Of a stretch of 64,000 bases of DNA, positions 37,533-47,696 are shown piece after piece. Location: the NCBI GenBank assembly GCA_008012175.1, contig SSEF01000010.1, positions 2,923-66,922 of the forward strand, read 5' to 3'. Made by a program: the position numbers and the translations under genes. This stretch comes from Candidatus Moraniibacteriota bacterium (lineage in GTDB: Bacteria; Patescibacteriota; Minisyncoccia; Moranbacterales; UBA1568). The notes below the pieces were generated by a model. That model did no database searches. It was given only the letters and a program-made list of their open reading frames with translations, and was not told the origin of the DNA. Numbering within the stretch: position 1 is the first letter of the stretch; each line of letters begins with the position of its first letter.

Positions 37533-39425
37533 TCAATCCTCTTCGAGTACGGCCTTCACCCGGCGGACGCCGGCGGACGAAGCCTCTTCTTTGGTGATCC
37601 GAAAGCGGCCAAATGCGGCGATATCGGCAGTCGTCGAGACATGCGGACCGCCGCAGAGCTCCTCTGAATAGACGGTGCCATCTGGCCCGGTAACCTGGTA
37701 AACGGTCACCTTTTCCGGGTATTTCTCCCAGAAGCTCCCCTCGACGCCAGCAGCTTTGGCCGCTTCCTTTTCCATGACAGTCGTCGCGACAGTCGCACCC
37801 GCAGCGATCGCAGCGTTCACATAGGCCTCGACCCGGTCGAGCGTCTCGCGCGGCACTTTCTCCGGATAGGTGAAGTCGAAGCGCGTCCGTTCTTCAGTAA
37901 TATTCGACCCGGCCTGGTGGACGTCATTCCCGAGCTCCTTCCGAAGGCCCGCCAGCATGAGATGCGTCGCCGTATGGTAGGCAGTCACTTTGGCGCTATG
38001 ATCAGCTAGCCCACCCTTGAATTTCCCCGCCGAAGCTGTGCGAGATAGGTCCTGATGCCGCTTGAACTCTGTATTAAACTCCTCTTTATCAATCTTTCCA
38101 CCCCTTTCGATGACAATCTCTTCCGTTAGCTCAAAAGGGAATCCATAGGTAGTAAATAGATCGAACGCATCCTTTCCACTGATCTGGCCCCTACTTAATC
38201 TACGTTCCAATTCCTTCATTCCATTTGCAAGGGTGCTCCGGAATTTTCTCTCTTCCTCATCAATTTCACCAACAATCAGAACAGATTTCATGTTTACATC
38301 AGGGTACGCATCCATGTAAGGCATGATGAACGAATAGGCTATCGAACTAAGCTCTCCCTGTGGTATCCCAAGAAAGTCCGCATAGCGAATCGCTCGTCGA
38401 ATCAGTCTACGAAGAACATATCCTTGATCAGTGTTAGAGGGAGATATACCGTCCGCAGCGAGAAACACTGCTGCCCGAATATGATCTAAAACAATCCGAT
38501 ACGCATAGGTGAGCTTAGAATCTTTTCCGTATTCGTTTTGAGAAAGTTGTGCAATCATATTTCTCGCACCATCAAAGACATCAAGCCGAAAGACGTCCGG
38601 ATCATCAGCCAGCGCTGCTGCCATGCGCTCCAGCCCACCGCCAAAATCGACATTCTGCTGGGTAAGCTTTTCGAAACCAGTGTCGGTCTTCTTGTATTCC
38701 ATGAAGACATTGTTGCCGATCTCCATGAAGCGGCCGCAGTCGCAGTTCACGTGGCAGGGTTCGTCCTTCCAAGCTGATGCCTCATGCATCTTCTTCTCAT
38801 TCGTCGGATCGAAATCCCAGAACATCTCCGTATCTGGTCCGCCCGGCTCGCCGACTGGCATATTCGCTGGCACGCCGGCCCGGCTCCACCAGCTCTTTTT
38901 TTCTGGATAGTAGAAAATGCGCTCACCGGGCTTCATCCCATCTTTTTCCGCATCCTCGCCGATAGCAGCCTCGATGCCGATGGAACGGAAAAGCGACTGC
39001 CAGCGTTCAGCTGATTCGGTGTCGCGCGGGATGCCAAGCTCAGCATTACCGCGAAAACAGGTGAAGTAAAGGCGCTTCGGGTCGAGCCCGAGCTCAACCG
39101 TCAAGAACGTCCACATCCACTCGATCTGCTTTTCCTTGAAGTAGTCACCAAAAGACCAATTGCCGAGCATCTCGAAAAAGGTCGTATGGCGATTATCTCC
39201 CACTTCCTCGATATCCTGGCTGCGGAAGCATTTCTGCGAATCCGCGATGCGCGTCCCGAGAGGATGCCGTTCCCCAAGGAGATACGGCAAGATCGGCTGC
39301 ATGCCAGAACCGGTGAAGAGCGTTGTCGGATCATTTTCCGGAACGAGCGGCGAGGATGGGACGATAGCGTGTGCCTTCTTCTGGAAAAAGGCGAGATATT
39401 TCGCCCGGATTTGGTGCGTCTGCAT
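37533..39425 (-). CDS. alaS: Alanyl-tRNA synthetase (short form, no C-Ala domain)
   Basis: HTTFFEMLGNWSFGDYFK, GLER, GYVLRRLIRRA, HTATH and ELCGGPHV editing motifs. Confidence 0.97.
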   Translation of the reverse strand: MQTHQIRAKYLAFFQKKAHAIVPSSPLVPENDPTTLFTGSGMQPILPYLLGERHPLGTRIADSQKCFRSQDIEEVGDNRHTTFFEMLGNWSFGDYFKEKQIEWMWTFLTVELGLDPKRLYFTCFRGNAELGIPRDTESAERWQSLFRSIGIEAAIGEDAEKDGMKPGERIFYYPEKKSWWSRAGVPANMPVGEPGGPDTEMFWDFDPTNEKKMHEASAWKDEPCHVNCDCGRFMEIGNNVFMEYKKTDTGFEKLTQQNVDFGGGLERMAAALADDPDVFRLDVFDGARNMIAQLSQNEYGKDSKLTYAYRIVLDHIRAAVFLAADGISPSNTDQGYVLRRLIRRAIRYADFLGIPQGELSSIAYSFIMPYMDAYPDVNMKSVLIVGEIDEEERKFRSTLANGMKELERRLSRGQISGKDAFDLFTTYGFPFELTEEIVIERGGKIDKEEFNTEFKRHQDLSRTASAGKFKGGLADHSAKVTAYHTATHLMLAGLRKELGNDVHQAGSNITEERTRFDFTYPEKVPRETLDRVEAYVNAAIAAGATVATTVMEKEAAKAAGVEGSFWEKYPEKVTVYQVTGPDGTVYSEELCGGPHVSTTADIAAFGRFRITKEEASSAGVRRVKAVLEED

Positions 39426-39436
39426 ACATTCGAGTC

Positions 39437-39655
39437 TTAGCGGAGGGCTTTTTCGATACTCTTCTTGATATCACGGGAGAGCTGCCAAGGCAACAATCGC
39501 TCGATTTCAGAGAGGGCGCCCGCGATATCGGTCGATCGCGCCTCGAATTTCCGGCCGATGGCACGGATCGAGGAACGGAGAAAACTCGTATCGGAGACAT
39601 CAGGACTCTTTACGATCTCGGCCATGACGACTGAAACAAAACGGTCGGCCTTCAT
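39437..39655 (-). CDS. Small hypothetical protein
   Basis: ATGA overlap with the upstream gene; operonic. Confidence 0.6.
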   Translation of the reverse strand: MKADRFVSVVMAEIVKSPDVSDTSFLRSSIRAIGRKFEARSTDIAGALSEIERLLPWQLSRDIKKSIEKALR

Positions 39656-39930
39656 TGCTTCTTGCTAAAGGATTCCCGCTTCTTTCGTAGGATATCTGCA
39701 TCGATGTCCTGGATACGTTGGATAAGACGGGATCGTGCCGCTTTCTGGCTATCAAGTTCGAGTGTCCTACTATCGATCGATTTTTCTATCGCCCGAATTT
39801 CCGCATCTAGCTCGTTCGAGCGCCGTTCCAATCGAGACCGATCAGACTGGAGCATTGCGATTTCCCCCTCGGCTCGCCGTCGGCTGGACTGGATGGCCAC
39901 CCCCTCTTCATTGCTTGTTATGCCAGTCAT
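39652..39930 (-). CDS. Small coiled-coil protein
   Basis: Heptad-rich; operonic. Confidence 0.65.
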   Translation of the reverse strand: MTGITSNEEGVAIQSSRRRAEGEIAMLQSDRSRLERRSNELDAEIRAIEKSIDSRTLELDSQKAARSRLIQRIQDIDADILRKKRESFSKKQ

Positions 39931-39943
39931 AGGAAGAAGTAGT

Positions 39944-41839
39944 TTATTCGGATTCGATGATATCAACCGTCACGCGCTCCGCATCATCCGGAATCGTAGC
40001 GATGAACATATCTGGTTTAAATTCTACTTGGAGGCGCCTGATTTCTGGATGCGTCGATAGGTATGTCCGGATCCCTTCTTCATCGAGGCCCAAAAGGCCG
40101 GACTTCAGTGCCGCAGGATCAATCGATGCCTGAAAAAGCATATCACTCTCAACTGTCAGGTCGATACGCTTCGACTCAAAATTTGCAAGGACGGCGCCGT
40201 AAGAAATGTCGTAAGAACGTGATTTCAATATAACGCCGCCAGATTCGGTTGTTTCCTTATCAAGAAGGGACCGAATAGCTGCCTCGGAAATAACAAATCC
40301 CTTCACCTGGAATCGGGCCTCGTATTCGAAGTCCTCCGCAACAGTTCCGGCAATCGGCGCGATCGGAGTGCCGATAAGATTCGCCTGCAATGATGGAACT
40401 AGGATGATTTCCCCAGGCTTTAGGGAACTACCAATCTCTCCGGCTGCGGCGCGTTTCGCCTCATCAGCAGCAGCCGACTTCGCCAGATCGAGATCAGACA
40501 CGCTTATACTAGGAGATGATTTTTGGCCATCAGATCCCCCACCTGAAAACGCGCCCTTCACTTCGGCGGTAATTTTTTCGAATTTCGGACTGCCCTTGAA
40601 GCCGGGAATAGTGAATGTTCCGCTGGTGATGTTGTATCGATCGCCCGTACTATCGGCGACGACGCGGGCATCGATCTTGCCGGGAACAGTTTTTCCCGAG
40701 TCAGTCCTCGTTCCTGGAACTGTGATGCTTTCCGCGAGCCGATACAGCCTTCCGTCGGGGAGCTCGAACCGGGTCGTAGCGACCAGCGGCTGCGCTGCTT
40801 CGCTGTAGGCATTCATAATCGTTATCACACCGCTTGCCTTCGCGTTGTTCGCAGCATCCTGACCCGTGGCTGCACGGGAAATTCGAACGGTCTTTTCCGA
40901 TTCGATCGAGCGGACCGGGATACCCGCGGTCCCATCAACGGTCCCGACAAGCGAGCGCTTTACGACATGCCGGACGGATTGCGGTTCAATTGCAATGATC
41001 GCCTCAGGTCGCAAAAAAATATAGCTGGCGGCAGCACCGCCGATGAGCAGCACCGTCCCCGCAACAAACCAGCGCCAAGTATGCCGCTCCGGGACTGGGC
41101 TGACTGTAGATGAAGATGAAAGAGCTGTAACCGGCCTTGAAACCTTCGAACGCTGTTCTTCTTCACGGTTCTCGAACAATCGCCGCAGCCGCTCCTTTCG
41201 TTCTGTCGAAGGAAGCTCCCTCCCCGCCGTGGCACGTCCTGCTGTTGGGGTTGATACTGGATGATTCTGCATCGGTGGCAACGCACCAGTTGGCGCCGGT
41301 TCTGATCGCATAGAATTCAATGCGGTCTGCATAGGAGGTGTGGTGTTCCGTACGCGGAGCGTACGTGGCGCAGGCTCAGAGAGATTCGGCTCACGAGCTG
41401 GCTTCATACCTCCTGGAGGGACAGGCGAGGTGGCGGTCGCCTCCGCGTGAAAATTCGCGCTACCGATCTCATTCGAACGGCGTAGACCGGTCTGAGGTTC
41501 ATGCTCCACGGGCATCGGTATGGTTTCACCGTGCCGAACAGTGAACCGGGCAGCTGTATCCTGCTGACGCTGTGCTCGCAACACCGAATCTTGGTATTCC
41601 TGAATACGCAACCCGGCCTTTTCAGCGAGTCGCGCACCCTGCTCATCCTGCGTCATAACGATCACCGTCTTTCCGAGCTTTTCCGCTTCACGGGCGAGCA
41701 ATTTCAGATTGATGATGCTCTGAAGGATAAGTGAGCGCTTAGGAAAAACGAAGATATTCTCAGCCGCACTAGACTTCCGGAGTCGCCCGACCGTACTGAT
41801 GATTTCCTCATCGATCTCAATGTAGTGAGTCTCTGGCAT
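39944..41839 (-). CDS. Bitopic membrane protein with baseplate-J-like C-terminal region
   Basis: N-terminal alpha/beta domain, Pro-rich linker, TM, KASGVITIMN...TTRF...VVADSTGDRYNI...FSGG. Confidence 0.7.
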   Translation of the reverse strand: MPETHYIEIDEEIISTVGRLRKSSAAENIFVFPKRSLILQSIINLKLLAREAEKLGKTVIVMTQDEQGARLAEKAGLRIQEYQDSVLRAQRQQDTAARFTVRHGETIPMPVEHEPQTGLRRSNEIGSANFHAEATATSPVPPGGMKPAREPNLSEPAPRTLRVRNTTPPMQTALNSMRSEPAPTGALPPMQNHPVSTPTAGRATAGRELPSTERKERLRRLFENREEEQRSKVSRPVTALSSSSTVSPVPERHTWRWFVAGTVLLIGGAAASYIFLRPEAIIAIEPQSVRHVVKRSLVGTVDGTAGIPVRSIESEKTVRISRAATGQDAANNAKASGVITIMNAYSEAAQPLVATTRFELPDGRLYRLAESITVPGTRTDSGKTVPGKIDARVVADSTGDRYNITSGTFTIPGFKGSPKFEKITAEVKGAFSGGGSDGQKSSPSISVSDLDLAKSAAADEAKRAAAGEIGSSLKPGEIILVPSLQANLIGTPIAPIAGTVAEDFEYEARFQVKGFVISEAAIRSLLDKETTESGGVILKSRSYDISYGAVLANFESKRIDLTVESDMLFQASIDPAALKSGLLGLDEEGIRTYLSTHPEIRRLQVEFKPDMFIATIPDDAERVTVDIIESE

Positions 41840-41859
41840 ATCCGCTTAAAGCTTTAGTG

Positions 41860-43119
41860 TTATTCGATTGATTCCATGCTGCGCTGCAGAATGCCGGTCA
41901 GTATTGGCTCTTCGTCGAGAGCGTTCAAGAGAGCAAGGTGCGCCAGGCCCATTGGAGTGATATCTTGAGGATTATTCAGCTCTCCAGTCTCATCAACAAT
42001 CCGAGCAATATCATGCGGCTGAAGGAAGCTGATCTGCGGCGGTTTTGAGAACGGGAGATTCTTCGACCAATCTCCAGAGGAAAGAGCCTGCTTGATCCCT
42101 GGCAGTCCGGATCCACCCCCGCAGAGAAAGATCTTGGACGGCATAAAGTCTGTTTCGGCAAATTCGATAAGCGAAAGCTCTACGCCAGCAAGCCATACTC
42201 GACAATCATCAGCAAACAAGGTACTGATACGCTGAATATCATCTGGCTTCATTTGACCGATGGAGTAGCTGATCTTCATCTGCTCCGCCGCCTCAAACTT
42301 TATCTGGTATTCTTGGGCCAACCGCTTTGTAAAGGCACGGCCGCCAAGTGCGAACATTTTCGTCCCCTCGAGACCGCCATTTCTTACGACGGCAATATCA
42401 GTCGTTCCCCCACCGATGTCGATGAAGATGGCGCTGAAGTCGAGCATATCTTCGACCTCCACTGAACGAGCTACGGCATAAGGCTCCGCAACGATCGACA
42501 AAAGATCCAGATCAAGCTCGTCCGAGATAGTCTCAATCGCCCCAAGATGCGTCAGAGGCGCATAGGCATTGAACACGCTCATTGAGACTTCGCGCCCTTG
42601 AAAATTGAGAGGGTTCAGGACTCGATAACCATCAATCCGGACATCGACGATAGCGGCATTGATGAGCTTTATCTCTATCTCCTGGCCAGTTTCCCAGGCT
42701 AGTTGCTTTTTGATTCGCTCGAGCGCCTTTTCTTGGACCTTACTAATGATCATCTTCAACTCAGGCATTCCGATCTTAATTTCAGAATTGATCCGTTCAT
42801 AGTGCACCGTCGTCGTTGTTCCCTTCACGAGCTCGCCAGCGATACCGATGATGCTTTTTTCGACTGATTTTATGCCGCTCTGTGCCTTGGCCGCATCGAT
42901 CGCCTCACGCGCCGAACCGATGACGCCCCGGATGTCGGATACCGCGCCGCTCTGCATATTTCCGACTTTCTGCCTGGCCCGACCAACGCCAATCACCGTG
43001 CCTCGGCGATTCTCCCGATCAATGCGAAAAACAAGCGCCTTGACGACCTCTGTTCCGATGTCGAGCGCTAAAAATAATTCATCGCGATGCTTCCACGGTA
43101 TACGTGAAAAGAATCCCAT
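41860..43119 (-). CDS. FtsA-like actin-fold ATPase
   Basis: LALDIGTEVVK, AEPYA, IDIGGGTTD, LGGRAFT, LCGGGS. Confidence 0.85.
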   Translation of the reverse strand: MGFFSRIPWKHRDELFLALDIGTEVVKALVFRIDRENRRGTVIGVGRARQKVGNMQSGAVSDIRGVIGSAREAIDAAKAQSGIKSVEKSIIGIAGELVKGTTTTVHYERINSEIKIGMPELKMIISKVQEKALERIKKQLAWETGQEIEIKLINAAIVDVRIDGYRVLNPLNFQGREVSMSVFNAYAPLTHLGAIETISDELDLDLLSIVAEPYAVARSVEVEDMLDFSAIFIDIGGGTTDIAVVRNGGLEGTKMFALGGRAFTKRLAQEYQIKFEAAEQMKISYSIGQMKPDDIQRISTLFADDCRVWLAGVELSLIEFAETDFMPSKIFLCGGGSGLPGIKQALSSGDWSKNLPFSKPPQISFLQPHDIARIVDETGELNNPQDITPMGLAHLALLNALDEEPILTGILQRSMESIE

Positions 43120-43146
43120 AACGAAACAGTTGTTTTTTGTATTATA

Positions 43147-44166
43147 TCATCGGTTCGCCAAAAGCGTCGTACGGAGCTCTCTTCCAACAGTTTCGATAGC
43201 CGCCTGATCTAGGAGACCGGCGCCCGCTCCATAGAATCCGACCACGTTTCCAGCATTCGCCATGCCATAGCGAAGGCATTTCTCAAGCGGATATTGGTAG
43301 AGGTAAGCTGCGAAAAATCCCGAACCAAACGCATCGCCAGCACCAGTGGTATCAACGAGGCCGTGCGGCTCGAAAACTTCCCCATGCCATATCTCTCGAC
43401 CGTCATATACCCAAGCGCCCCGTTTCCCATCCGTAAGAGCGACCACGGAAGGGCCAAAACGGTGCAATGCCTTCAGGAGATACTGCTCGTCATTTAGAAC
43501 TTCCGGATCGTTGCCAATGCCACCCGCTAGAAGAAATTCGATCGCCTCATCCTTGTTGAGGAACAGCGCCGAAACGTGCGGAAGTGATTCGAGTAAAAAT
43601 CTTGGGTCATCTTTCAGATTGTGTTGTCCGGGATTGAGAGCAATGCTCGAACCGAAGCGTTCAGCTGCCTGGATGACCATGGAAAGATTCTCTTTCCATT
43701 CGCCATTCAGCGCGCTTACATAAAACCACTCGTATCCCGCTAGTTGTCGTTCATCGATCTTGAGCTGCTCGTTCGCGTCACGGTTGTGGAAAATAATCCT
43801 ATCACCCGTCTGTTCGATAACCACGATTGCTGAAAGATCAGAACGTGCCCCGGCCACTCTATCGAGAGTAGTCGTAAGCACTCCGGCCCCGCGAAGCGTT
43901 GTGAGAATCCAATCACCAATCTCATCGGTACCGATCCTGCTATAGACCGCTGCCTCATGTCCCAATCGGACAAGCCCCTGGGCAACGTTGGCTGCCACCC
44001 CGCCGATCGCTTCGGCTCGATCCTGACAGCGGAATTTTCCGCCAAGCTCGAAAGCGACCTTCACCTGCGATCGGAGATCTTCGGGAGTCTCCAGCACAAC
44101 CCCCTCCCCGGTCGGGAAAAAAAGGTCTTTCGATACAGAACCGATGCACAGGATTCGATGAATCAT
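43147..44166 (-). CDS. PfkB-family carbohydrate kinase
   Basis: GGVAANVA, LFLNKDEA, VDTTGAGDAF. Confidence 0.92.
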   Translation of the reverse strand: MIHRILCIGSVSKDLFFPTGEGVVLETPEDLRSQVKVAFELGGKFRCQDRAEAIGGVAANVAQGLVRLGHEAAVYSRIGTDEIGDWILTTLRGAGVLTTTLDRVAGARSDLSAIVVIEQTGDRIIFHNRDANEQLKIDERQLAGYEWFYVSALNGEWKENLSMVIQAAERFGSSIALNPGQHNLKDDPRFLLESLPHVSALFLNKDEAIEFLLAGGIGNDPEVLNDEQYLLKALHRFGPSVVALTDGKRGAWVYDGREIWHGEVFEPHGLVDTTGAGDAFGSGFFAAYLYQYPLEKCLRYGMANAGNVVGFYGAGAGLLDQAAIETVGRELRTTLLANR

Positions 44167-44180
44167 AGCTGAATGAAGCA

Positions 44181-45452
44181 TTATGCGCCCGGAACGAACC
44201 GCATCTCAAAAATCTCGGAAAGTCGGTTATATTTCGCGAGTCGCTCACCGCGCGCAAGCGATCCTGTCTTGATATAGTCAGCTCCTGCTGCGACCGCAAG
44301 GTCAGCAATAAAATCATCGCATGTCTCTCCTGAGCGATGCGATATGACTGTCCGCATGCCGTGCTCTTTTGCAAGCGCAATACAATCGATGGTCTCTGAA
44401 AGGGTGCCGATCTGATTTACCTTTATGAGAACGGCGTTGCAGGCATCGGCCTCAATCGCCTGGCGGAGACGCTTCACGCTGGTCACGAGAAGATCGTCGC
44501 CCACAAGCATGAGCTTCGCGCCCATCTCCCTCTTGAATTCTGACCAACTTCCCCAATCTTCCTCATGGAACGGATCTTCGATCGAGAAGATCGGGAATCT
44601 CCCAGTCCATTCCCGGTAGAGAGCAGCCAGGCCTGCGTGGTCAAGTACGGCTTTTTCCGGCTTCAAGAGATAGCGGTCAGATGCGCGGTCATAAAAAGAA
44701 TTAGCAGCTGCATCAATGTCAAGGAGGACTTCTTTTCCTGGGACATAACCGCTGGCTTCTATCGCTTTTACTAGCAACATGAAAGCCTCGGCATGATCCT
44801 TGAGCCGTGGCGCAAAGCCACCCTCATCACCGACATCGGTCGTATAGCCCTCAGTCCGAAGGAGCTTCTGGAGCGTATGGAAGATCTCGCTTCCAGCCCG
44901 AAGCTGCTCGGGATAACCCACGATACCGACTGGAACGATTTTGAATTCCTGGATCGAAAGACCCGAATCCGCATGCTCTCCGCCGTTGATAACGTTGAAC
45001 ATTGGTACAGGAAAAGTCTCCGCTTCGCGCTTATACGGAATGAGATCTTCGAGATGGGCGTAAAGTGCCATATCCGAGCTTTCTGCCGCTGCGCGGGCAC
45101 AGGCAAGAGAGGCGCCGAGGATCGCATTAGCGCCAAGGCGGGACTTCGATTCTGTTCCATCGAGCTCGCAAAGCCTCGTATCAATTTGTCGCTGCTCGCT
45201 CGGGTCCATGCCGATGAGCGCGTCTCGGATCTCAGTATTTACATGAGCGACTGCCTTCAGGACGCCTTTCCCCTGGTAGCGGTTCTCCTCGCCGTCGCGA
45301 AGTTCAAGCGCCTCATGCGCGCCAGTCGATGCCCCTGATGGGACACTCGCCTTTGCGATCGTTCCATCATCGAGCAATACGCGAGCTTCAACGGTCGGAT
45401 AACCGCGCGAATCAAGAATCTCCCGTCCTTTGAGGTCAGTGATACGTGCCAT
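44181..45452 (-). CDS. eno: Enolase
   Basis: DSRGYPTVE, PSGASTG, GDEGGF, SHRSGET, KYNRL. Confidence 0.98.
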   Translation of the reverse strand: MARITDLKGREILDSRGYPTVEARVLLDDGTIAKASVPSGASTGAHEALELRDGEENRYQGKGVLKAVAHVNTEIRDALIGMDPSEQRQIDTRLCELDGTESKSRLGANAILGASLACARAAAESSDMALYAHLEDLIPYKREAETFPVPMFNVINGGEHADSGLSIQEFKIVPVGIVGYPEQLRAGSEIFHTLQKLLRTEGYTTDVGDEGGFAPRLKDHAEAFMLLVKAIEASGYVPGKEVLLDIDAAANSFYDRASDRYLLKPEKAVLDHAGLAALYREWTGRFPIFSIEDPFHEEDWGSWSEFKREMGAKLMLVGDDLLVTSVKRLRQAIEADACNAVLIKVNQIGTLSETIDCIALAKEHGMRTVISHRSGETCDDFIADLAVAAGADYIKTGSLARGERLAKYNRLSEIFEMRFVPGA

Positions 45453-45492
45453 AGAAAAAATACATTAATTCGGGATACCTCTTCGTATCATA

Positions 45493-46545
45493 TCATGCAG
45501 CGATAAGCGGCCGGAGGCCAGGCAATTCATGGCCGGCCATATATTCAAGCATCGCCCCGCCGCCGCTCGACACGAAGCCGATCCGGTGGAATACACCGGC
45601 CCGTTCCAAGACCGCAAGCGATTCGCCGCCGCCGATGATGACATATGCATCAGTCTCGAGGATCGCATTCAGGATAATATTTGTCCCGATATCATACGGT
45701 TTTTCCTCGAACTTTCCCATCGGCCCGTTCCAAACGATCGTCTTCGCTTTCTTTATGATTTCGGCATAATAGGAAGCTGTCGTTTTTCCAATATCGAGCC
45801 GCGCTGGAGAATCGAAATCCTGCGGCAAAAGCACCTTATCAGAGAAAGAGATCTTCTGGTCAATTGCTTCGTTGGCAATTTTCCCGCCAACAAGCACACA
45901 GTCATACGCCTCCTCGAGTGCGCGTATGAGAGGCAGCTTGGTTTCGATCTTGGCCCCGCCGATAATAGCGAGCGCCGGCCGCTCGGGATTGAAACGAACC
46001 GCGTCAAGCCGCTCCGTCTCTTCCGCCAAGTGGAGACCCGCATAGGAGGGCAGATGCTCCGTCACGCCAACCACTGATGCATGGGATCGATGAGAGACAC
46101 CAAAAGCCTCGTTAACATATACATCGAACGGGGCGGCGAGATCGGCAGCGAATGCAGCATCGTTAGCGGTCTCGCCCGGATCGAAGCGGACATTCTCCAG
46201 TAGCAGAACATCGCCCGAAGCGGCTGCCGCAATCGCTGCACTGACTATCGTTCCACGGCAAGCAGGCACAAAGTGCACTGTCCGCCCCAGGACGTGAGTA
46301 ACTTCGGGAACGAGGCGCTCGACCGAATATTCGGGATCGCTGTTGCCATCCGGACGGCCAAAATGGGTCAGCAGGGTGATGGAGCGCGCGCCGGCACCAA
46401 CAACAAAATCAATAGTCTGGCGAGAAACTTCGAGCTTGAACCCTTCCTGGACATGCGCCAGATCATCCAATTCTACGTTAAAATCGACCCTGACGAGGAC
46501 ATTCTTTCCGGAAAAATCAGCCGAGGTGATACTTTTGAGTAACAT
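45493..46545 (-). CDS. pgk: Phosphoglycerate kinase
   Basis: VRVDFNV, HFGRP, LLENVRF, GGAK, WNGPMG.FE, SSGGGA. Confidence 0.96.
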   Translation of the reverse strand: MLLKSITSADFSGKNVLVRVDFNVELDDLAHVQEGFKLEVSRQTIDFVVGAGARSITLLTHFGRPDGNSDPEYSVERLVPEVTHVLGRTVHFVPACRGTIVSAAIAAAASGDVLLLENVRFDPGETANDAAFAADLAAPFDVYVNEAFGVSHRSHASVVGVTEHLPSYAGLHLAEETERLDAVRFNPERPALAIIGGAKIETKLPLIRALEEAYDCVLVGGKIANEAIDQKISFSDKVLLPQDFDSPARLDIGKTTASYYAEIIKKAKTIVWNGPMGKFEEKPYDIGTNIILNAILETDAYVIIGGGESLAVLERAGVFHRIGFVSSGGGAMLEYMAGHELPGLRPLIAA

Positions 46546-46568
46546 ACAGTGATGGTATAAAAAAAGGA

Positions 46569-47678
46569 TTAGCGGCCCATGCCGATGACGCCCACCATGA
46601 CGCCAATGAGCGCAGTGAGCGCGGTGAATACCCAAGCACGCATAACAACTTTTGGCTCAGGCCACCCTCTGGCCTCGAAGTGATGATGGAGGGGGGCGGC
46701 GAGAAATACCTTTCGGTTCAAATAACGTTTCGCAAACATCTGAATTGCAGCGCTTCCCGATTCCAATGTATAGATGAAGACGATGATGAATAAGACGAGC
46801 ACCGAATTCGTCAGTAAAGCGACAACGCCGAGTGTTGTACCGAGGGCGATTGCTCCAGTGTCTCCCATAAAGAATCGGGCTGGATAGATATTGAACCAAA
46901 GGAAAGCTAGCAGTGCGCCGGCGACCGCGGCACAAAAGCTTGAGAGATCGACCTTATTGTGCATGAAAGCAATAAGGGAGAATGAGGTGAACGCGATAAG
47001 GAGCACTCCACCATTCAGGCCATCAAGCCCGTCAGTCTCATTCGATGAAATGGCCGAAAAAAGTATAACGAAGATGAATAGCGGGACATACCACCAGCCG
47101 ATCGAAAAATCTCCGACCGCTGGAACGTGGATCATGTCCCAGCCGAGCTTTGAATAGAACCACCAGGCTCCGAGACCGGCGATAGCGATAAGCCACCAGA
47201 ATCGCGCAAGAAAGCGCATCCCGCCGCCCTTGTTCGTCCCGATACCGCGCACGCTCATGTAGTCATCGATAAGCCCCAAGACACCTGCTGTCACAAGCGT
47301 AAAGAGCGGGAGCCAAGTCTGAGAGCGCTTCAGAAAATCGAGGCGCGCGATGAAATTCGTATCAAATAAGACTGCCAGAAGCGGAAAAATCCACTCCGAT
47401 AAGAAGGCGAGCAGCAGCACGGCCATCCAGATAATGACGCCTCCCATGGTCGGTGTTCCTGCTTTCCAGGCATGCAGACTCGAGACAAAGTTCAGCTTAT
47501 CGCCCGAAACGCCGTTCTCTTTTATTCGGATGCCGATTTTGTGCTTGTAGAGGATGTGGGTCCAAAGTGGCGTGAGAAGAAAGGCCAGCAGAAAAGCGAG
47601 TAGCCCTGTCGCAAGGACTTTCATCACATTCATCACTACCGGAAGCGACTGGATATGAGCAAGGGCGAGAGAATCCAT
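46569..47678 (-). CDS. mraY: Phospho-MurNAc-pentapeptide transferase
   Basis: KAGTPTMGG, DDY, NETDGLDGL, FMGDTG, APLHHHFE. Confidence 0.95.
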   Translation of the reverse strand: MDSLALAHIQSLPVVMNVMKVLATGLLAFLLAFLLTPLWTHILYKHKIGIRIKENGVSGDKLNFVSSLHAWKAGTPTMGGVIIWMAVLLLAFLSEWIFPLLAVLFDTNFIARLDFLKRSQTWLPLFTLVTAGVLGLIDDYMSVRGIGTNKGGGMRFLARFWWLIAIAGLGAWWFYSKLGWDMIHVPAVGDFSIGWWYVPLFIFVILFSAISSNETDGLDGLNGGVLLIAFTSFSLIAFMHNKVDLSSFCAAVAGALLAFLWFNIYPARFFMGDTGAIALGTTLGVVALLTNSVLVLFIIVFIYTLESGSAAIQMFAKRYLNRKVFLAAPLHHHFEARGWPEPKVVMRAWVFTALTALIGVMVGVIGMGR

Positions 47679-47696
47679 ACCGTGTACGTATTTATA

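Noticed and set aside
39944-41839. Prophage or contractile injection system
   Set aside because: Only one baseplate-like domain, fused to a TM; no sheath, tube, capsid, terminase or integrase.
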